64,000 bases of DNA from Candidatus Levyibacteriota bacterium (GCA_043823085.1 JBDRBE010000001.1:113110-177109); one strand, 5' to 3'; shown: positions 1-11,400, counted from the first letter of the stretch. Translations and numbers: made by a program. Notes: generated from the letters alone by a model not told the origin.

Positions 1-768
1 GTTGAAGTTTTTTCAAATAAAAAACTTTCTTCAGGATTCTTAGAAAATTTAAAAAGGGAAATTATTTGGCGTTTTAATCTTGATTTAGACTTATCCGATT
101 TTTATAGACAGGTCAGTAAAGATCCTCTTTTAGAACCAATTATTAAGAAGTTTAAAGGCTTAAGACCAATGCACTATGGCTCTCTTTATGAATATCTGAT
201 TATTGATATTGTGCTGCAAAATACAGTTGTAAAACGAAGTGTAAGTATGCTTCAGTCACTTTTTGAAAAATACGGAGATTTACTTGAATATAATAAACAA
301 AAGTTTTGGTGTTTTTGGGAACCAGAAATTTTGGCGAAGGCAAATGAACAAGAATTAAGAGATTTGAAAGTAGGCTACCGAGCAAAATCTCTCATTCGGG
401 TTTCGCAACCTTTTGCTCGTGGAGAGATAGACGAATTGGAATTAAGAAATAAGAGCAAAGAGGAACAAGAAAAAGTTCTACTTTCTTTATATGGAATTGG
501 TCCAGCTTCAGTCGGCTATATTATGTTTGACGCTTTTCATCATTGGGATTATTTTCGTAACATTTCCCCATGGGAACAAAAAATTTACTCTCATATTTTC
601 TTTAATAAGGATCACGAAAAAGAATTGATGTCTGTCCCCAAAATGCTCAAACGATTTGAAAAATGGGGAAAATGGAAAGGATTAGCTGTTCATTATGTTT
701 GGGAAGACTTATGGTGGAAAAGAAAAACACAACATATTCCTTGGCTTGAAAAAGAAATCCGATTGTGA
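1..768 (+). CDS. HhH-GPD family DNA glycosylase (AlkA/OGG-like), 5'-truncated by the window edge
   Basis: Frame is open from base 1 (VEVFSNKK...FKGLRPM). Has LKVGYRAK and the HhH motif LLSLYGIGPAS. Confidence 0.75.
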   Translation, partial: VEVFSNKKLSSGFLENLKREIIWRFNLDLDLSDFYRQVSKDPLLEPIIKKFKGLRPMHYGSLYEYLIIDIVLQNTVVKRSVSMLQSLFEKYGDLLEYNKQKFWCFWEPEILAKANEQELRDLKVGYRAKSLIRVSQPFARGEIDELELRNKSKEEQEKVLLSLYGIGPASVGYIMFDAFHHWDYFRNISPWEQKIYSHIFFNKDHEKELMSVPKMLKRFEKWGKWKGLAVHYVWEDLWWKRKTQHIPWLEKEIRL

Positions 769-785
769 TTTGTTATAATCCATTT

Positions 786-1352
786 ATGAAAATTGCGATT
801 TTGGGCGGAAGGTTTGATCCGCCTCACATTGGACATTGGCTGATTGCAAAACAGGCACTTGAACAAAGGCCTGAAATTGATGAGATCTGGTTTATGCCGG
901 CATTTAAACATCAATGGAAGGAAATTTTAACAAGTGTAAAGGATAGAATGATAATGCTTGGATTTATGAAAAATAATCGGATAAAAATTTCCGATATTGA
1001 AATTAAAAGAGAAGGTATTAGTTATTCCATTGACACAATTAAAGAGATTAAGAAAAAATACAAACACCAAATTTATTGGATTATCGGCTCTGACATTTTA
1101 TCTGAATTTAATCGCTGGAACAAAAAAGAGGAATTAACAAAACTTACCACTTTTCTTGTTTTCCCCCGCGATCCATATGCAATCCCAAAAAATCTTCCCA
1201 AAGGTTTTGAAGTTTTAAAAGGAAAAAATTTAATTGTCACAAATCTTTCCTCAACTCTTATTCGCCAAAGAATAAAAAAACATTTACCAATCAGCAATCT
1301 TGTACCAAAAGGGGTTGAGGAGTATATTAAAAAACATGAATTATATAAATAA
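786..1352 (+). CDS. nadD: nicotinate-nucleotide adenylyltransferase
   Basis: MKIAILGGRFDPPHIGH (HxGH), SYSIDT, IIGSD, LSSTLIR motifs. ATG at 786. Confidence 0.93.
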   Translation: MKIAILGGRFDPPHIGHWLIAKQALEQRPEIDEIWFMPAFKHQWKEILTSVKDRMIMLGFMKNNRIKISDIEIKREGISYSIDTIKEIKKKYKHQIYWIIGSDILSEFNRWNKKEELTKLTTFLVFPRDPYAIPKNLPKGFEVLKGKNLIVTNLSSTLIRQRIKKHLPISNLVPKGVEEYIKKHELYK

Positions 1353-1370
1353 TTTTCAATTTGAAATTTG

Positions 1371-1415
1371 ACCCATTCGATTATACTCAGGGTCATGCTG
1401 AGTGTGTCGAATGCA
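1371..1415. repeat. pair of TTCGA-N4/5-CTCA hairpin micro-elements, inverted relative to each other
   Basis: accca-ttcgattatactca-gggt followed by atgc-tgagtgtgtcgaa-tgcat. The same loop motif recurs about ten times in the window. Confidence 0.75.
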
Positions 1416-1497
1416 TGAAATTTTAAATCAAATCAAAAAGTTTTAATTTTTAAACATTAGAAAATTAGAAATTGATTAGAAATTAGGAATTTTTACT

Positions 1498-2277
1498 ATG
1501 TCTTTAAAAATCAATCTTAAAACAGAAATAAAAAAAATTACTGACTTTATAAAAAGTACTCTCAAACGGGAGGGTTTTAGTAAAGTTGTCATTGGCCTCT
1601 CCGGCGGCATCGATTCAACAACCTCTTTTTACTTATTAAAAAAAGTTTTATCTCCAAAAAATATAATAGTTGCAAATCTTTATTATCAAGAAAATAAAGA
1701 TAATGATTTAGAGAAAATATTAAAAGATGCAAAAATTCCAAAAGAAAATATCTATAGAATTGGTATCAAAAAAATCGTAGATTGTTTTACAGAATCTCTA
1801 CATTTTGAGATTCCGAAACAAGTTCGGAATGACAATAAAATACGGCTTGGCAATATTATGGCAAGAGTTAGAATGATAATTCTTTTCGATTTGGCAAAAA
1901 AACACAAAGCGCTGGTTTGCGGGACCGAAAATAAAAGCGAACATTATCTTGGATACTTTACTCGTTTTGGTGATGCCGCATCCGACTTTGAACCAATCAG
2001 GCACTTATATAAAACTCAACTTTTAGAGCTTGCAAAATATCTTGAAGTTCCAAAAAATATTATTGAAAAAAAACCAACCGCCAATCTTTGGCAAGGACAG
2101 ACAGATGAAGATGAATTTGGATTTACTTACAAAGAAGCCGATGAGGTTTTATATCTTTATCTTGAAAAAAAACTAAAAGTTAATGAAATTAAAAAGAGGG
2201 CTTTTAAAAAAACCGATAAGATAATCCATTGGGTTATAAAAAATAAATTTAAGCACGAAACTCCCCACGCGCTTTAG
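1498..2277 (+). CDS. nadE: NH3-dependent NAD+ synthetase
   Basis: GLSGGIDS, GNIMARVRM, GTENKSE, GYFTRFGD, PTANLWQGQTDE motifs. Confidence 0.95.
   Translation: MSLKINLKTEIKKITDFIKSTLKREGFSKVVIGLSGGIDSTTSFYLLKKVLSPKNIIVANLYYQENKDNDLEKILKDAKIPKENIYRIGIKKIVDCFTESLHFEIPKQVRNDNKIRLGNIMARVRMIILFDLAKKHKALVCGTENKSEHYLGYFTRFGDAASDFEPIRHLYKTQLLELAKYLEVPKNIIEKKPTANLWQGQTDEDEFGFTYKEADEVLYLYLEKKLKVNEIKKRAFKKTDKIIHWVIKNKFKHETPHAL
1807..1834. repeat. palindromic element in frame inside nadE (EIPKQVRND)
   Basis: gagattccgaaacaagttcggaatgaca. Same length and ends as the intergenic copies at 52694-52749. Confidence 0.85.
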
Positions 2278-2279
2278 CT

Positions 2280-4421
2280 TTATGAGGAAACGCGACCTGT
2301 AAAAGTGGATTTTGCAAGCATTTGTTCAATTATATTCTTTGGAACCTCCTCATAATGCGATGGCTCCATGTAGTAGCTGGCGCGCCCTTGTGACATTGAT
2401 CTTAGAGTCGTGGCATAACCTGAAAGTTCTGCCAAAGGAACCATGGCCAAAACTATGGTTGCCTTTCCCTTTTCTTCTGTTCCTAAAATTTGCGCTCTTT
2501 TGGCGGATAAATCACCGATAATATCTCCCATAAATTCCGAAGGCGTTGTAACCTCAACCTTCATTATCGGCTCAAGCAAAGTCAAATCTGCTTTTTTAAC
2601 AACTGACTGTAAAGCCTGGCTTGCAGCGATTTTAAAGGCGATATCAGACGAATCGACATCATGGTAACTTCCGTCATAAAGAGTTACAGTCATATCAACA
2701 AGCGGATATCCCAAAAGAGCTCCATTTTCCATTGATTCCTTGACTCCTTTTGAAACAGAACTTATAAATTCGGCCGGAATTGCTCCTCCTTTAATTGCAT
2801 CAACGAACTCATAGCCCTCGCCTCTTGGTTTTGGTTCAACTCGCAAGAAACAATGACCGTATTGACCGCGTCCTCCACTCTGGCGAATATATTTTCCCTC
2901 TGCTTCGGCTTTTTTCTTGACAGTTTCTTTGTACGCAACCTGCGGCGCTCCAACATTTGCCAAAACGCCAAATTCTCTTTTCATTCTGTCAACCATAATT
3001 TCAAGCTGTAATTCTCCAACTCCGGAAATTATTGTTTGTCCTGTTTCATGGTTGGTTTTAACATGAAAAGTTGGGTCCTCGTCCATTAATCTTTTTAAGG
3101 AATAGCCAAGTTTTTCTTGATCTGATTTTGTCTTTGGTTCAATAGCCAGTGAAATAACAGGCTCCGGAAAAGTAATTTTTTCTAAAATCAGAGGCTTTTT
3201 ATCATCACAAAGAGTATCTCCGGTTCCGGTTTCTTTAAGACCAACCAATGCGACAATTTCTCCTGCAAACGCTTCTTTAATTTCTTCCCTGTGATTGGCA
3301 TGCATCAGGAGAATTCTTCCAATTCTCTCGGTAATATTTTTTGTGCTGTTATAAATATATGAACCGGATACTACTTTTCCCGAATACACTCTAAAATAAG
3401 TTAGTCTTCCAACGTGCGGATCAATTTGAATTTTAAAGGCGAGACCACAAAGAGGATCTTCAGGCACTAACTGCCTTGTTTCCTCCTCGTCTGTTTTTGG
3501 ATTTGTACCTTTAACTTCTTTTAAATCAACCGGGGAAGGGAGATAGTCCAAAACTGCATCCAATAATGGCTGGACTCCTTTATTTCGAAGCGATGAACCG
3601 GCGAAAACTGGTACCAGTTTATAAGCAATAACCGCACGCCTTAAAGCGGCTTTTAATTCTTCAATCGAAATTTCTTTATTAGAAAGATATTTATCCAAAA
3701 GCCCATCATCTGTTTCGGCAATCTTTTCGATAAGTTTGTGACGATATTCTTCAACTTTATTTTTTAAATCAGCCGGAATTTCATCCAAAACATCAAATTT
3801 TGCACCTAATTCATCCGAACCCCAAACATATGATTTTCGGGTTAAAAGATCAACAATTCCTTTAAAGGTTTGCTCCGCGCCAATTGGCAAAACCATAATT
3901 GCGGGATTTGCTCCAAGCCTATCCTCAATACTTTTAATGGTCGCCAGAAAATCAGCTCCAAGCTTATCCATTTTATTAACAAAACAAATTCTTGGAACTT
4001 TATATTTATCTGCCTGTCGCCAAACAGTTTCCGATTGCGATTGCACTCCTTCTTCGGCATCCAAAACCGTAATTCCGCCGTCCAAAACTCGAAGTGAACG
4101 CTCAACTTCGGCTGTAAAATCTACGTGCCCGGGAGTATCGATTATATTAATTTTATAAAGATCTTCTTTTCCTAAAGAACTAAGCAACGAATGAGTCCAA
4201 AAAGCAGTCGTGGCAGCAGAAACTATAGTAATTCCTCTTTCTCTTTCCTGCTCCATCCAGTCCATAACAGTTGTTCCCTCATCAATATCACCAATTTTAT
4301 ATGTTCTTCCCGTATAAAAAAGAATGCGTTCGGTAGTTGTGGTTTTACCCGCATCAATATGAGCAATAATGCCGATATTTCTGACTTTGCTTAAATCCAA
4401 ATCTCTTCTATGTTCTGCCAT
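2280..4421 (-). CDS. fusA: elongation factor G
   Basis: [41 protein letters not shown]. Likely start MAEHRR at 4421. Confidence 0.98.
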   Translation of the reverse strand: MAEHRRDLDLSKVRNIGIIAHIDAGKTTTTERILFYTGRTYKIGDIDEGTTVMDWMEQERERGITIVSAATTAFWTHSLLSSLGKEDLYKINIIDTPGHVDFTAEVERSLRVLDGGITVLDAEEGVQSQSETVWRQADKYKVPRICFVNKMDKLGADFLATIKSIEDRLGANPAIMVLPIGAEQTFKGIVDLLTRKSYVWGSDELGAKFDVLDEIPADLKNKVEEYRHKLIEKIAETDDGLLDKYLSNKEISIEELKAALRRAVIAYKLVPVFAGSSLRNKGVQPLLDAVLDYLPSPVDLKEVKGTNPKTDEEETRQLVPEDPLCGLAFKIQIDPHVGRLTYFRVYSGKVVSGSYIYNSTKNITERIGRILLMHANHREEIKEAFAGEIVALVGLKETGTGDTLCDDKKPLILEKITFPEPVISLAIEPKTKSDQEKLGYSLKRLMDEDPTFHVKTNHETGQTIISGVGELQLEIMVDRMKREFGVLANVGAPQVAYKETVKKKAEAEGKYIRQSGGRGQYGHCFLRVEPKPRGEGYEFVDAIKGGAIPAEFISSVSKGVKESMENGALLGYPLVDMTVTLYDGSYHDVDSSDIAFKIAASQALQSVVKKADLTLLEPIMKVEVTTPSEFMGDIIGDLSAKRAQILGTEEKGKATIVLAMVPLAELSGYATTLRSMSQGRASYYMEPSHYEEVPKNIIEQMLAKSTFTGRVSS

Positions 4422-4434
4422 AATAATAAAATTC

Positions 4435-4452
4435 AATCCGCCAAAGCGGATT
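4435..4452. repeat. AATCCGCC...GCGGATT palindromic micro-element
   Basis: aatccgccaaagcggatt, related to copies at 49018-49035 and 60601-60626. Confidence 0.6.
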
Positions 4453-4550
4453 TACTCATAAAGTATAACATATTTTAGAGGCATATTCTAGAGTTTAATA
4501 AACTGAAAAAATGGTGTAAAATATAAATGTTGTTTGAGGGGGTGAGAAAT

Positions 4551-4688
4551 ATGGTGGGATGGGGATATGGAGGATATACAATGATGAATTCTTATTTCGG
4601 AGTTTTCGGGTTTGTTTTCCAAATTTTAGCTTTAGTCGCCCTAGTTCTTTTAATCGCCTACCTTTGGAAACAAATACAGAAGAAGTAA
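4551..4688 (+). CDS. small single-pass membrane protein (45 aa), not in ORF track
   Basis: MVGWGYGGYTMMNSYFGVFGFVFQILALVALVLLIAYLWKQIQKK, preceded by SD-like GAGGGGGTGA. Confidence 0.6.
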   Translation: MVGWGYGGYTMMNSYFGVFGFVFQILALVALVLLIAYLWKQIQKK

Positions 4689-4761
4689 AACCTCTGTCTT
4701 GAAGAACGGGATTTAAATACAAAGATATTCGCAGAAAGTCTTATCAGAAATATTACATTTT

Positions 4762-4920
4762 TTATTCATCCTCGTTCTTCAAATCATTATTAAGTTGTTT
4801 TAATTTTTCATATACCTGTTCCAAAATAATATCTGGAAGAGGAGTATTACTACCACTTCTAGCATATTCTTTTGTGATATCAACTGCTTTTTCCAGTAAT
4901 TGAAATTTCGACATTGCCAT
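4762..4920 (-). CDS. small hypothetical protein (52 aa), not in ORF track
   Basis: MAMSKFQLLEKAVDITKEYARSGSNTPLPDYYLEQVYEKLKQLNNDLKNEDE, with SD AGGAGGTGA upstream. Confidence 0.6.
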   Translation of the reverse strand: MAMSKFQLLEKAVDITKEYARSGSNTPLPDIILEQVYEKLKQLNNDLKNEDE

Positions 4921-4996
4921 AAATTATCACCTCCTTTTTTTAATTATCCATTAATTTCCTTCTTGCTGATTTTTTTAAATCCGATTTATATATATT

Positions 4997-5434
4997 TTAA
5001 GATTGACTTCTTCTATACTCAACATCAGCTAAACTATCAGCCCTTCTCCCTAAAGTGCTACTTCTTGAATGATGGAAGTATTCAACGCTTTTAAATCGCT
5101 GTGCATTTCTTTTTGCTTCATCGAAAAGAGGACGAATATGCTCTCTTCTCATTCTGTACGTACAATTCATCCAATTAATTACCAACTCACTATCCATCCA
5201 AACCTCTATATCAAATCTTGTTACCCCAACTGCTTGATCGAGTGCAAAAATAAGTCCGCGAAATTCGGCTTCTGGAGGCGTCGCTTCACCTAAATATTTT
5301 GAAAACTCATGTTCATTCCCTCGCTCATCTATCATCAAAACTCCACAAGCAGCCTTACCTCTGCCTGACCTTCCTTGAATATGAGCATTTGGCACATGAC
5401 AACAAGCATCAATTATTATTTTTGCCTTAGCCAT
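4997..5434 (-). CDS. ribonuclease HI-like protein (archaeal/Gram-positive type)
   Basis: Acidic tetrad in the expected contexts: IIID, EAEFRGL, DSELV, ADSLA. Confidence 0.8.
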   Translation of the reverse strand: MAKAKIIIDACCHVPNAHIQGRSGRGKAACGVLMIDERGNEHEFSKYLGEATPPEAEFRGLIFALDQAVGVTRFDIEVWMDSELVINWMNCTYRMRREHIRPLFDEAKRNAQRFKSVEYFHHSRSSTLGRRADSLADVEYRRSQS

Positions 5435-5451
5435 ATTTAAAATAAAATATT

Positions 5452-5685
5452 TTAATGTCTTTTATCTCTGGGCGGGAACGGATCGTTTCCATAACTATCT
5501 TTATCTCTAATTCTTCCGTCTCGACCATGAATAATAACTTCAGATTTTTGATTAATTGCAATATTCTTTGCTGCATCAATCGCTTCTGCTTGTGTCTCGT
5601 AAACAGACGTGACGCGTTTATTTCGCTCTCCTCTTACTGCCCAGTCATTATTATGTGTAACTACGTGCTGATCTTGTCTTGCCAT
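5452..5685 (-). CDS. DUF2188-like small protein
   Basis: HVV..WAVRGE...TQAEAIDAAK...EVIIHGRDGRIR pattern. SD GGGGGTGA precedes ATG at 5685. Confidence 0.85.
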   Translation of the reverse strand: MARQDQHVVTHNNDWAVRGERNKRVTSVYETQAEAIDAAKNIAINQKSEVIIHGRDGRIRDKDSYGNDPFPPRDKRH

Positions 5686-5831
5686 TTTCTTCACCCCCTT
5701 TTACAGTTAACTCGATTTAGCGCCAGAAAAAGCATAATACGCTAGATATAGTGTGTCAACTACTAACATCTATGTCAAAATGTATCATGTAAATTTTAGC
5801 CTCGGGATATGTCCAAAAACGAGATTGAATA

Positions 5832-6353
5832 TCATTGAGGCACTGGTAGCCCTAATTTCTGAAGAGGAAGATATTCAAAGTAGTACTGGCATCCGACGGA
5901 GATTACATAGTCTAATGTGTCTTTGTAGTTTGGATTTTTAAACCATTCGCTCAAGATATAAATAAACTCGACATCAATATTAATAGAAGACATCAATTTC
6001 TGATATTGCTTCCTTTTAAAATCACACGTCTGTAGCTTTTCATCAACAGAACCAGCGACTTCTTGGAATTTTACTTCTATAATAAATAATGTGTTATTTA
6101 CAATTACGTATATTGCCTCGTCTGGAAGAAGTTTTTTTGAAAGGATTTTTTTATAATCTACTCCACGGGATTCTAAATATTTATACAGTCCATTTTTTGC
6201 ATAGCTTTGGGCTACTTCTTGCCCTTCAAAATAAATAATATTGTTCTTCACAGAATAACCTTTCTGATCCGATAAAAAATCAAGGATATTTATCCTTTTT
6301 TCAAATTTTAACCCTGTTAGCGTATTACTTCCCCCAATGCCTTTTCTAATCAT
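5832..6353 (-). CDS. PD-(D/E)XK nuclease, putative type II restriction endonuclease
   Basis: LLPDEA...IIEVKFQ catalytic motif. Directly downstream of a DNA methyltransferase. Confidence 0.75.
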   Translation of the reverse strand: MIRKGIGGSNTLTGLKFEKRINILDFLSDQKGYSVKNNIIYFEGQEVAQSYAKNGLYKYLESRGVDYKKILSKKLLPDEAIYVIVNNTLFIIEVKFQEVAGSVDEKLQTCDFKRKQYQKLMSSINIDVEFIYILSEWFKNPNYKDTLDYVISVGCQYYFEYLPLQKLGLPVPQ

Positions 6354-6369
6354 AATAATACTTTGCTAT

Positions 6370-7200
6370 TTAGTAATTATTTTCATATAGAGTAATGGGC
6401 AATTGTTTCTTTTTGGATGTAGCCAATATATCTTCAAATCTTTTTTTTGATAATTCAAGAAAGTCCTTTTCCTTGTCTATGCCAATAAATTTTCTATTTA
6501 GCATATGTGCTACTATACCAGTTGTAGAACTTCCTGTAAAAGGATCTAAAATTATATCTCCTTCTTTGGTTGATGCTGAAATTATTCTTTCTAATAAAGC
6601 TATTGGTTTTTGAGTGGGATGTTTTCCGAACTTCTTTTCCCAAGGTTTTGGAGTTGGTATAGACCATACAGAACGCATTTGTTTACCAGCTTTCTTAATA
6701 AAATCTTCTGGCCAGTTACCTTCTTTCATTAATTTATAATTAAAATAATGTTTTGCGTCTTTATCTCGCCTTGCCCAAATTAATGTTTCGTGGCTTGCTG
6801 TAAAATATCTCCCGCTTAAATTAGGAGACGCATTTGGCTTAAACCAGGAAATATCGTTTAGAATGTGATAGTCATTCGCTTGAAGTGCATAACCACATTG
6901 ATATATAGAATGATATGTTCCACTTATCCATATTGTCCCGTTTGGTTTTAAAAGTCTTCTGCATTCTTTAATCCATTGGACATGAAAGTCTAAATCACTC
7001 TCAAAGCCTTTACTCTTATCCCAATCGCCCTTGTGAACATTAACTCTTTTTCCAGCGAAGACTGTAAAACCACCATTTGAAAGATTATAAGGAGGATCTG
7101 CAAAAATCATATCAAAATGCTCACTAGGAAATCTTTTTAATAGTTTAAGTGAGTCGTCGAGATATAAAGCAAAGTCGTCTTTCAAGTAATAAGGAATCAT
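6370..7200 (-). CDS. site-specific DNA amino-methyltransferase, beta class (DpnA-like)
   Basis: FADPPY precedes HPTQKP and DPFTGSSTTG. The WISGTYH segment is typical of DpnA-type enzymes. Confidence 0.9.
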   Translation of the reverse strand: MIPYYLKDDFALYLDDSLKLLKRFPSEHFDMIFADPPYNLSNGGFTVFAGKRVNVHKGDWDKSKGFESDLDFHVQWIKECRRLLKPNGTIWISGTYHSIYQCGYALQANDYHILNDISWFKPNASPNLSGRYFTASHETLIWARRDKDAKHYFNYKLMKEGNWPEDFIKKAGKQMRSVWSIPTPKPWEKKFGKHPTQKPIALLERIISASTKEGDIILDPFTGSSTTGIVAHMLNRKFIGIDKEKDFLELSKKRFEDILATSKKKQLPITLYENNY

Positions 7201-7279
7201 GGCTGTAAATAAATACTAACACTTTGGTGGCAATTTTTCTAGAAGACTTTTTATAAAACTTCAATTCTCAAACGGAAGA

Positions 7280-7753
7280 TTACCACCTAAAATGAGCAAA
7301 TGCCCTATTCGCGTCGGCTTGACGCTGCATTGTGTCTCTCTTTTTAATTGCTTCCCCAAGATTTTGATTAGCATCCAAAAGTTCAGAAGCTAATTTTTCT
7401 TCAAAAGTTTTATAATCCTTGTTTGATCTTTTTCTTGCCGCTTCAATAAGCCAACGGATTGCCAAAGAAATTTTTCGCTCTCCTCTGACTTCGGATGGAA
7501 CCTGATAAGAAGCTCCCCCGACTCTTCTTGCTTTTACTTCCTGTTTTGGACTGACATTTTGAATCGCTTTTTCAAACGTTTCTACAGGATCTGCCCCTTT
7601 ATTTTTGATAATTTCCAAAGCGTCATAAAATAATTTCTCAGCAATGGATTTTTTGCCGTCCTTTATCATTCTGTTGATAAATCTAGCAACTAAAACATTG
7701 TGATAAATTTTATCCGGATCAATTTTTCTTTTTTCTACCTTTTTATGTCTCAT
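7280..7753 (-). CDS. rpsG: 30S ribosomal protein S7
   Basis: DGKKSIAE, RRVGGASYQVP, ANRAFAHFRW. Confidence 0.98.
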   Translation of the reverse strand: MRHKKVEKRKIDPDKIYHNVLVARFINRMIKDGKKSIAEKLFYDALEIIKNKGADPVETFEKAIQNVSPKQEVKARRVGGASYQVPSEVRGERKISLAIRWLIEAARKRSNKDYKTFEEKLASELLDANQNLGEAIKKRDTMQRQADANRAFAHFRW

Positions 7754-7876
7754 AAAACTCGCTTTGCTCGTAATAAGCCAATACTACAAATCAATAAACA
7801 AATTCTTTAAATTTCAAATTTTTAATTATTTATTATTTTAAGAATTGATTTGTCATTTGCTTATTTGTTTATTTGC

Positions 7877-8356
7877 TTATTGGGACGCCGGTGTGACTTC
7901 CGGTGCAACTGGCGCAGCCGGTGCTACTGCCACTTTTGGCGCTATTCCCCCTATCTTCTTTGTTCCATATTTACTTCTGGATCTTCTCCTGCTTTCAACG
8001 CCTGCCAAATCAAATTTTCCGCGAACAATATGATATTTAACTCCCGGTAAATCTTTAACTCTTCCTCCCCTTACCAAAACTATACCGTGTTCAGAAAGCG
8101 AATGTCCAATTCCCTGAATATAAGCAGTGACTTCTGTTCTGTTTGAAAGTTTAACTCTGGCAACTTTTCGAAGCGCAGAATTTGGTTTTTTTGGCGTCAT
8201 TGTTTTAACCAAAGTTACAACTCCTCTTTTTTGCGGAGAGAGTAAAGTTTTATATTCGCGAGTTCTTGCATTAAATATACGACGCAAACCCGTCGAGCGG
8301 GTCTTTTTAATTTTCTTTTTTCTTCCTCTTTTTGATAGTTGTGATAAAGTTGGCAT
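7877..8356 (-). CDS. rpsL: 30S ribosomal protein S12 with Ala/Pro-rich C-terminal extension
   Basis: [35 protein letters not shown]. Confidence 0.98.
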   Translation of the reverse strand: MPTLSQLSKRGRKKKIKKTRSTGLRRIFNARTREYKTLLSPQKRGVVTLVKTMTPKKPNSALRKVARVKLSNRTEVTAYIQGIGHSLSEHGIVLVRGGRVKDLPGVKYHIVRGKFDLAGVESRRRSRSKYGTKKIGGIAPKVAVAPAAPVAPEVTPASQ

Positions 8357-8426
8357 TGTAAAAATATTAAATATTAAAAATTAAATAGTAAATAGTTTTT
8401 CTTATTTTTGATTTTTGATTTGTATA

Positions 8427-11400
8427 TTATACCTCTTCTTCCACTTTTGCTTCAACCCTGATTTGATCGGAGTCAACTCCATTTTTTTCGGAGTCAACGG
8501 GAATTAGTCTTCCAATAATAACGTTTTCTTTAAGACCAATCAAATAATCTTCTCGTCCTTCAAGAGCTGCATCAGTTAAGACCTTGGTTGTTTCCTGGAA
8601 TGAAGCAGCCGAAAGCCATGAATCCGAAAAAAGTGAAGCTTTAGTTATCCCTAAAATTACTTTTCTTCCTGTAGACGGCTCTCCACCTTGGGTAAGCATT
8701 TGGGCATTAATATCTTCCATCGAGGCTTTAGTGATGAAGTCGCCCGGAATTAATACAGTATCGCCGATTGTCTCAATAATAATCTTGTCAGACATTTTGC
8801 GCAAAATTACTTCAAAATGTTTATCGTTAATTGCAATTCCTTGAGATTCGTAAACTTTTTGGACTTCGTCAATAATATAACGCTGTGTAAAGGTTAAACC
8901 TTTAACCTTGAGAACTTCTTTGGGATCAAGATACCCTTCGGCAATAGGTGTTCCGGCAACAACCTCATCATTGTCGGAAATCAATAATTCGGAGGCCATT
9001 GGAATAAAGTATTCACGTTCTTCAACCGGCTTAATTTTGGTATTTCGAACCAAAACTGTGTATCCGTCTTCAGTTTTAGTAATGGTTGCTTTTCCGGTAA
9101 TTTCAGACACCGGTGAGAAACTCTTGGGAGTTCGCATTTCAAATAATTCCTCCACTCTTGGCAAACCTTGCGTTACGTCAGACATAACAACTCCTCCAAA
9201 ATGTCTTACCCGCATTGTAAGCTGTGTTCCCGGTTCTCCAATTGATTGCGCGGCAATAACTCCGACAGGAACACCAAAATCTACTATTTTCCGAGTTGAA
9301 AAATCCCAACCATAACAATGAGCGCAGATTCCGTATTTTAGTCTGCAAGTTAAAGGCGACCTGACAATAATTTCCGTAATATCGTTATTAACAATTTCTT
9401 TGGCTTTTTCCTCGGTGATTTCTTCGTTTTTCTTAACAATTGTTTTTCTTGTTTTTTTAGAAACAATATTTCCAGCGGCAAATCTTCCAATAATTCTTTC
9501 GCCAAAAGCGATTGTCCTTTCTTTTTGCCCGTCTTCAATAACAATTCCTTCTTCGGTACCACAATCTATATCGCGGATTATAACATCATGGGAAACATCA
9601 ACCAATCTTCTTGTTAAATATCCTGCATTTGCAGTTTTGAGCGCCGAATCGGTCAATCCTTTTCGAGAGCCTCTGGCTGAAGCCACATATTCAAAAATTG
9701 AAAGTCCTTCACGGAAATTAGATTTAATTGGAAGTTCAACAATTTTTCCTAAAGGATCAAGAATCAAACCCCTCATGGCCGATAACTGTTTTAGCTGTTC
9801 TTTGCCGGCTCTTGCTCCCTCAGAATCAATAATGGACTTAATCGCGTTTGTCTGCGAAAGATTATTCCAAGTTAGATCGGCAATAACATCTGTTGTTTTT
9901 AGCCAAACCTCATTGGATAGACGTTTCTTTTCTTCCCGCGTAATTAATCCTTTTTGATACTCTTCTTCAATTCTTCCAATTTTTATTTCTGCCTCGTCAA
10001 TAAGCTTGTCTTTTTCGGAAACCATGGTGTTATCAAAAACCGAAACGCTGATGCCCGAAACTGTTGCTGCGTAAAATCCAAGATTTTTAATATTATCGAT
10101 TAAATCGGCAACCTCTTTTGGCGAACACTCTGTTAGGGCTTTTGTAATAATTCTTTTAATACCCGAGGCTTTTACGGCTTCATTAATAAATCCCATAGAT
10201 TTTGGAAGAACCTCATTAAAAAGAAGTCTTCCGCAAGTTGTTTCAATAATTTTATCTTTAACACGAACATTAATTGGCTCGCGAAGCAAAATTTTATCAA
10301 AAGAATTAGCCAAAAGTGCCTCATTTAGACTGGCAAACGTAGGCATTGGATCTTTTCTGCTTGTTTGGTCTATAGAAGTCAAATAATATACTCCAAGGGC
10401 CATTTCTTTATTGGGAAGAGTAATTGGGCTTCCGTCGGCCGGTTTGAGTAAATTATGGCTTGGCATCATAAGTCTAATCGCTTCCTCTTGGGCTTTTTGC
10501 GAAAGAGGAATATGAACCGCCATTTGATCTCCGTCAAAATCAGCATTATAGCCTGCACAAACACAAGGATGAAGCTGAATAGCCGCTCCTTCAATTAGAA
10601 CCGGATAAAATCCTTGAATTCCAAGCTTATGAAGAGTCGGCGCGCGGTTTAGTAAAACCGGATGGTTCTTAGTAATTTCTTCCAAAATATCAAAAACTTC
10701 GGGCGGCCTCTTTTCGATATATCGTTTCGCCGACTTTATATTTGGCGCTAAATTCCTGATGATTACTTCCCGAAGAACAAAAGGTTTAAACATTTCCAGA
10801 GCCATTTCTTTTGGCAAACCGCATTGAGTTAAAGAAAGCTGGGGACCCACAACAATTACCGAACGTCCGGAATAATCAACTCTTTTACCTAAAAGATTTT
10901 GTCTAAATCTACCCTGTTTTCCTCTAAGCATGTCCGAGAGAGATCGAAGAGGTGCTGAAATAATCTGAACTCTTTGAGATGTATCAATTAATGAATCAAC
11001 TGATTCTTGAAGCATTCTCTTTTCGTTTCGAAGAATTATTTCTGGCGCGCCAAGTAAAATCAAATGCTTTAAACGATTATTTCGATTTATAATTCTTCTG
11101 TAAAGATCGTTTAAATCTGAGGTTGCAAAACGGCCTCCTGCAAGCTGTACCATTGGCCTTAAATCCGGCGGAATAACCGGAAGAGCAGTTAAAATTATTG
11201 ACCGAGGTGTAACTCCGGCCTTTTTCATAGCTTCGATAAGCCTAAGCCTTTTTACAATCTTTAAATATTTTGCACCGGATGACTTAGCAGCCTCTGCCCG
11301 GAGATGAGTAATAAGACTGGACATATCGATTTTTTCTAAAAGTTCCAAAAGAGCTTCGGCTCCGGTTTTAATGGTGAAGAAAACAGGAATTTCGTACTCT

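Noticed and set aside
4160-4200. EF-G extra segment [13 protein letters not shown] as a palindromic insert
   Set aside because: Only weakly self-complementary, no second copy, and this EF-G loop is naturally length-variable.
4997-5434. Retron, DGR or retroelement suggested by the RNase H-like gene
   Set aside because: No reverse transcriptase motif and no template/variable repeat pair seen.
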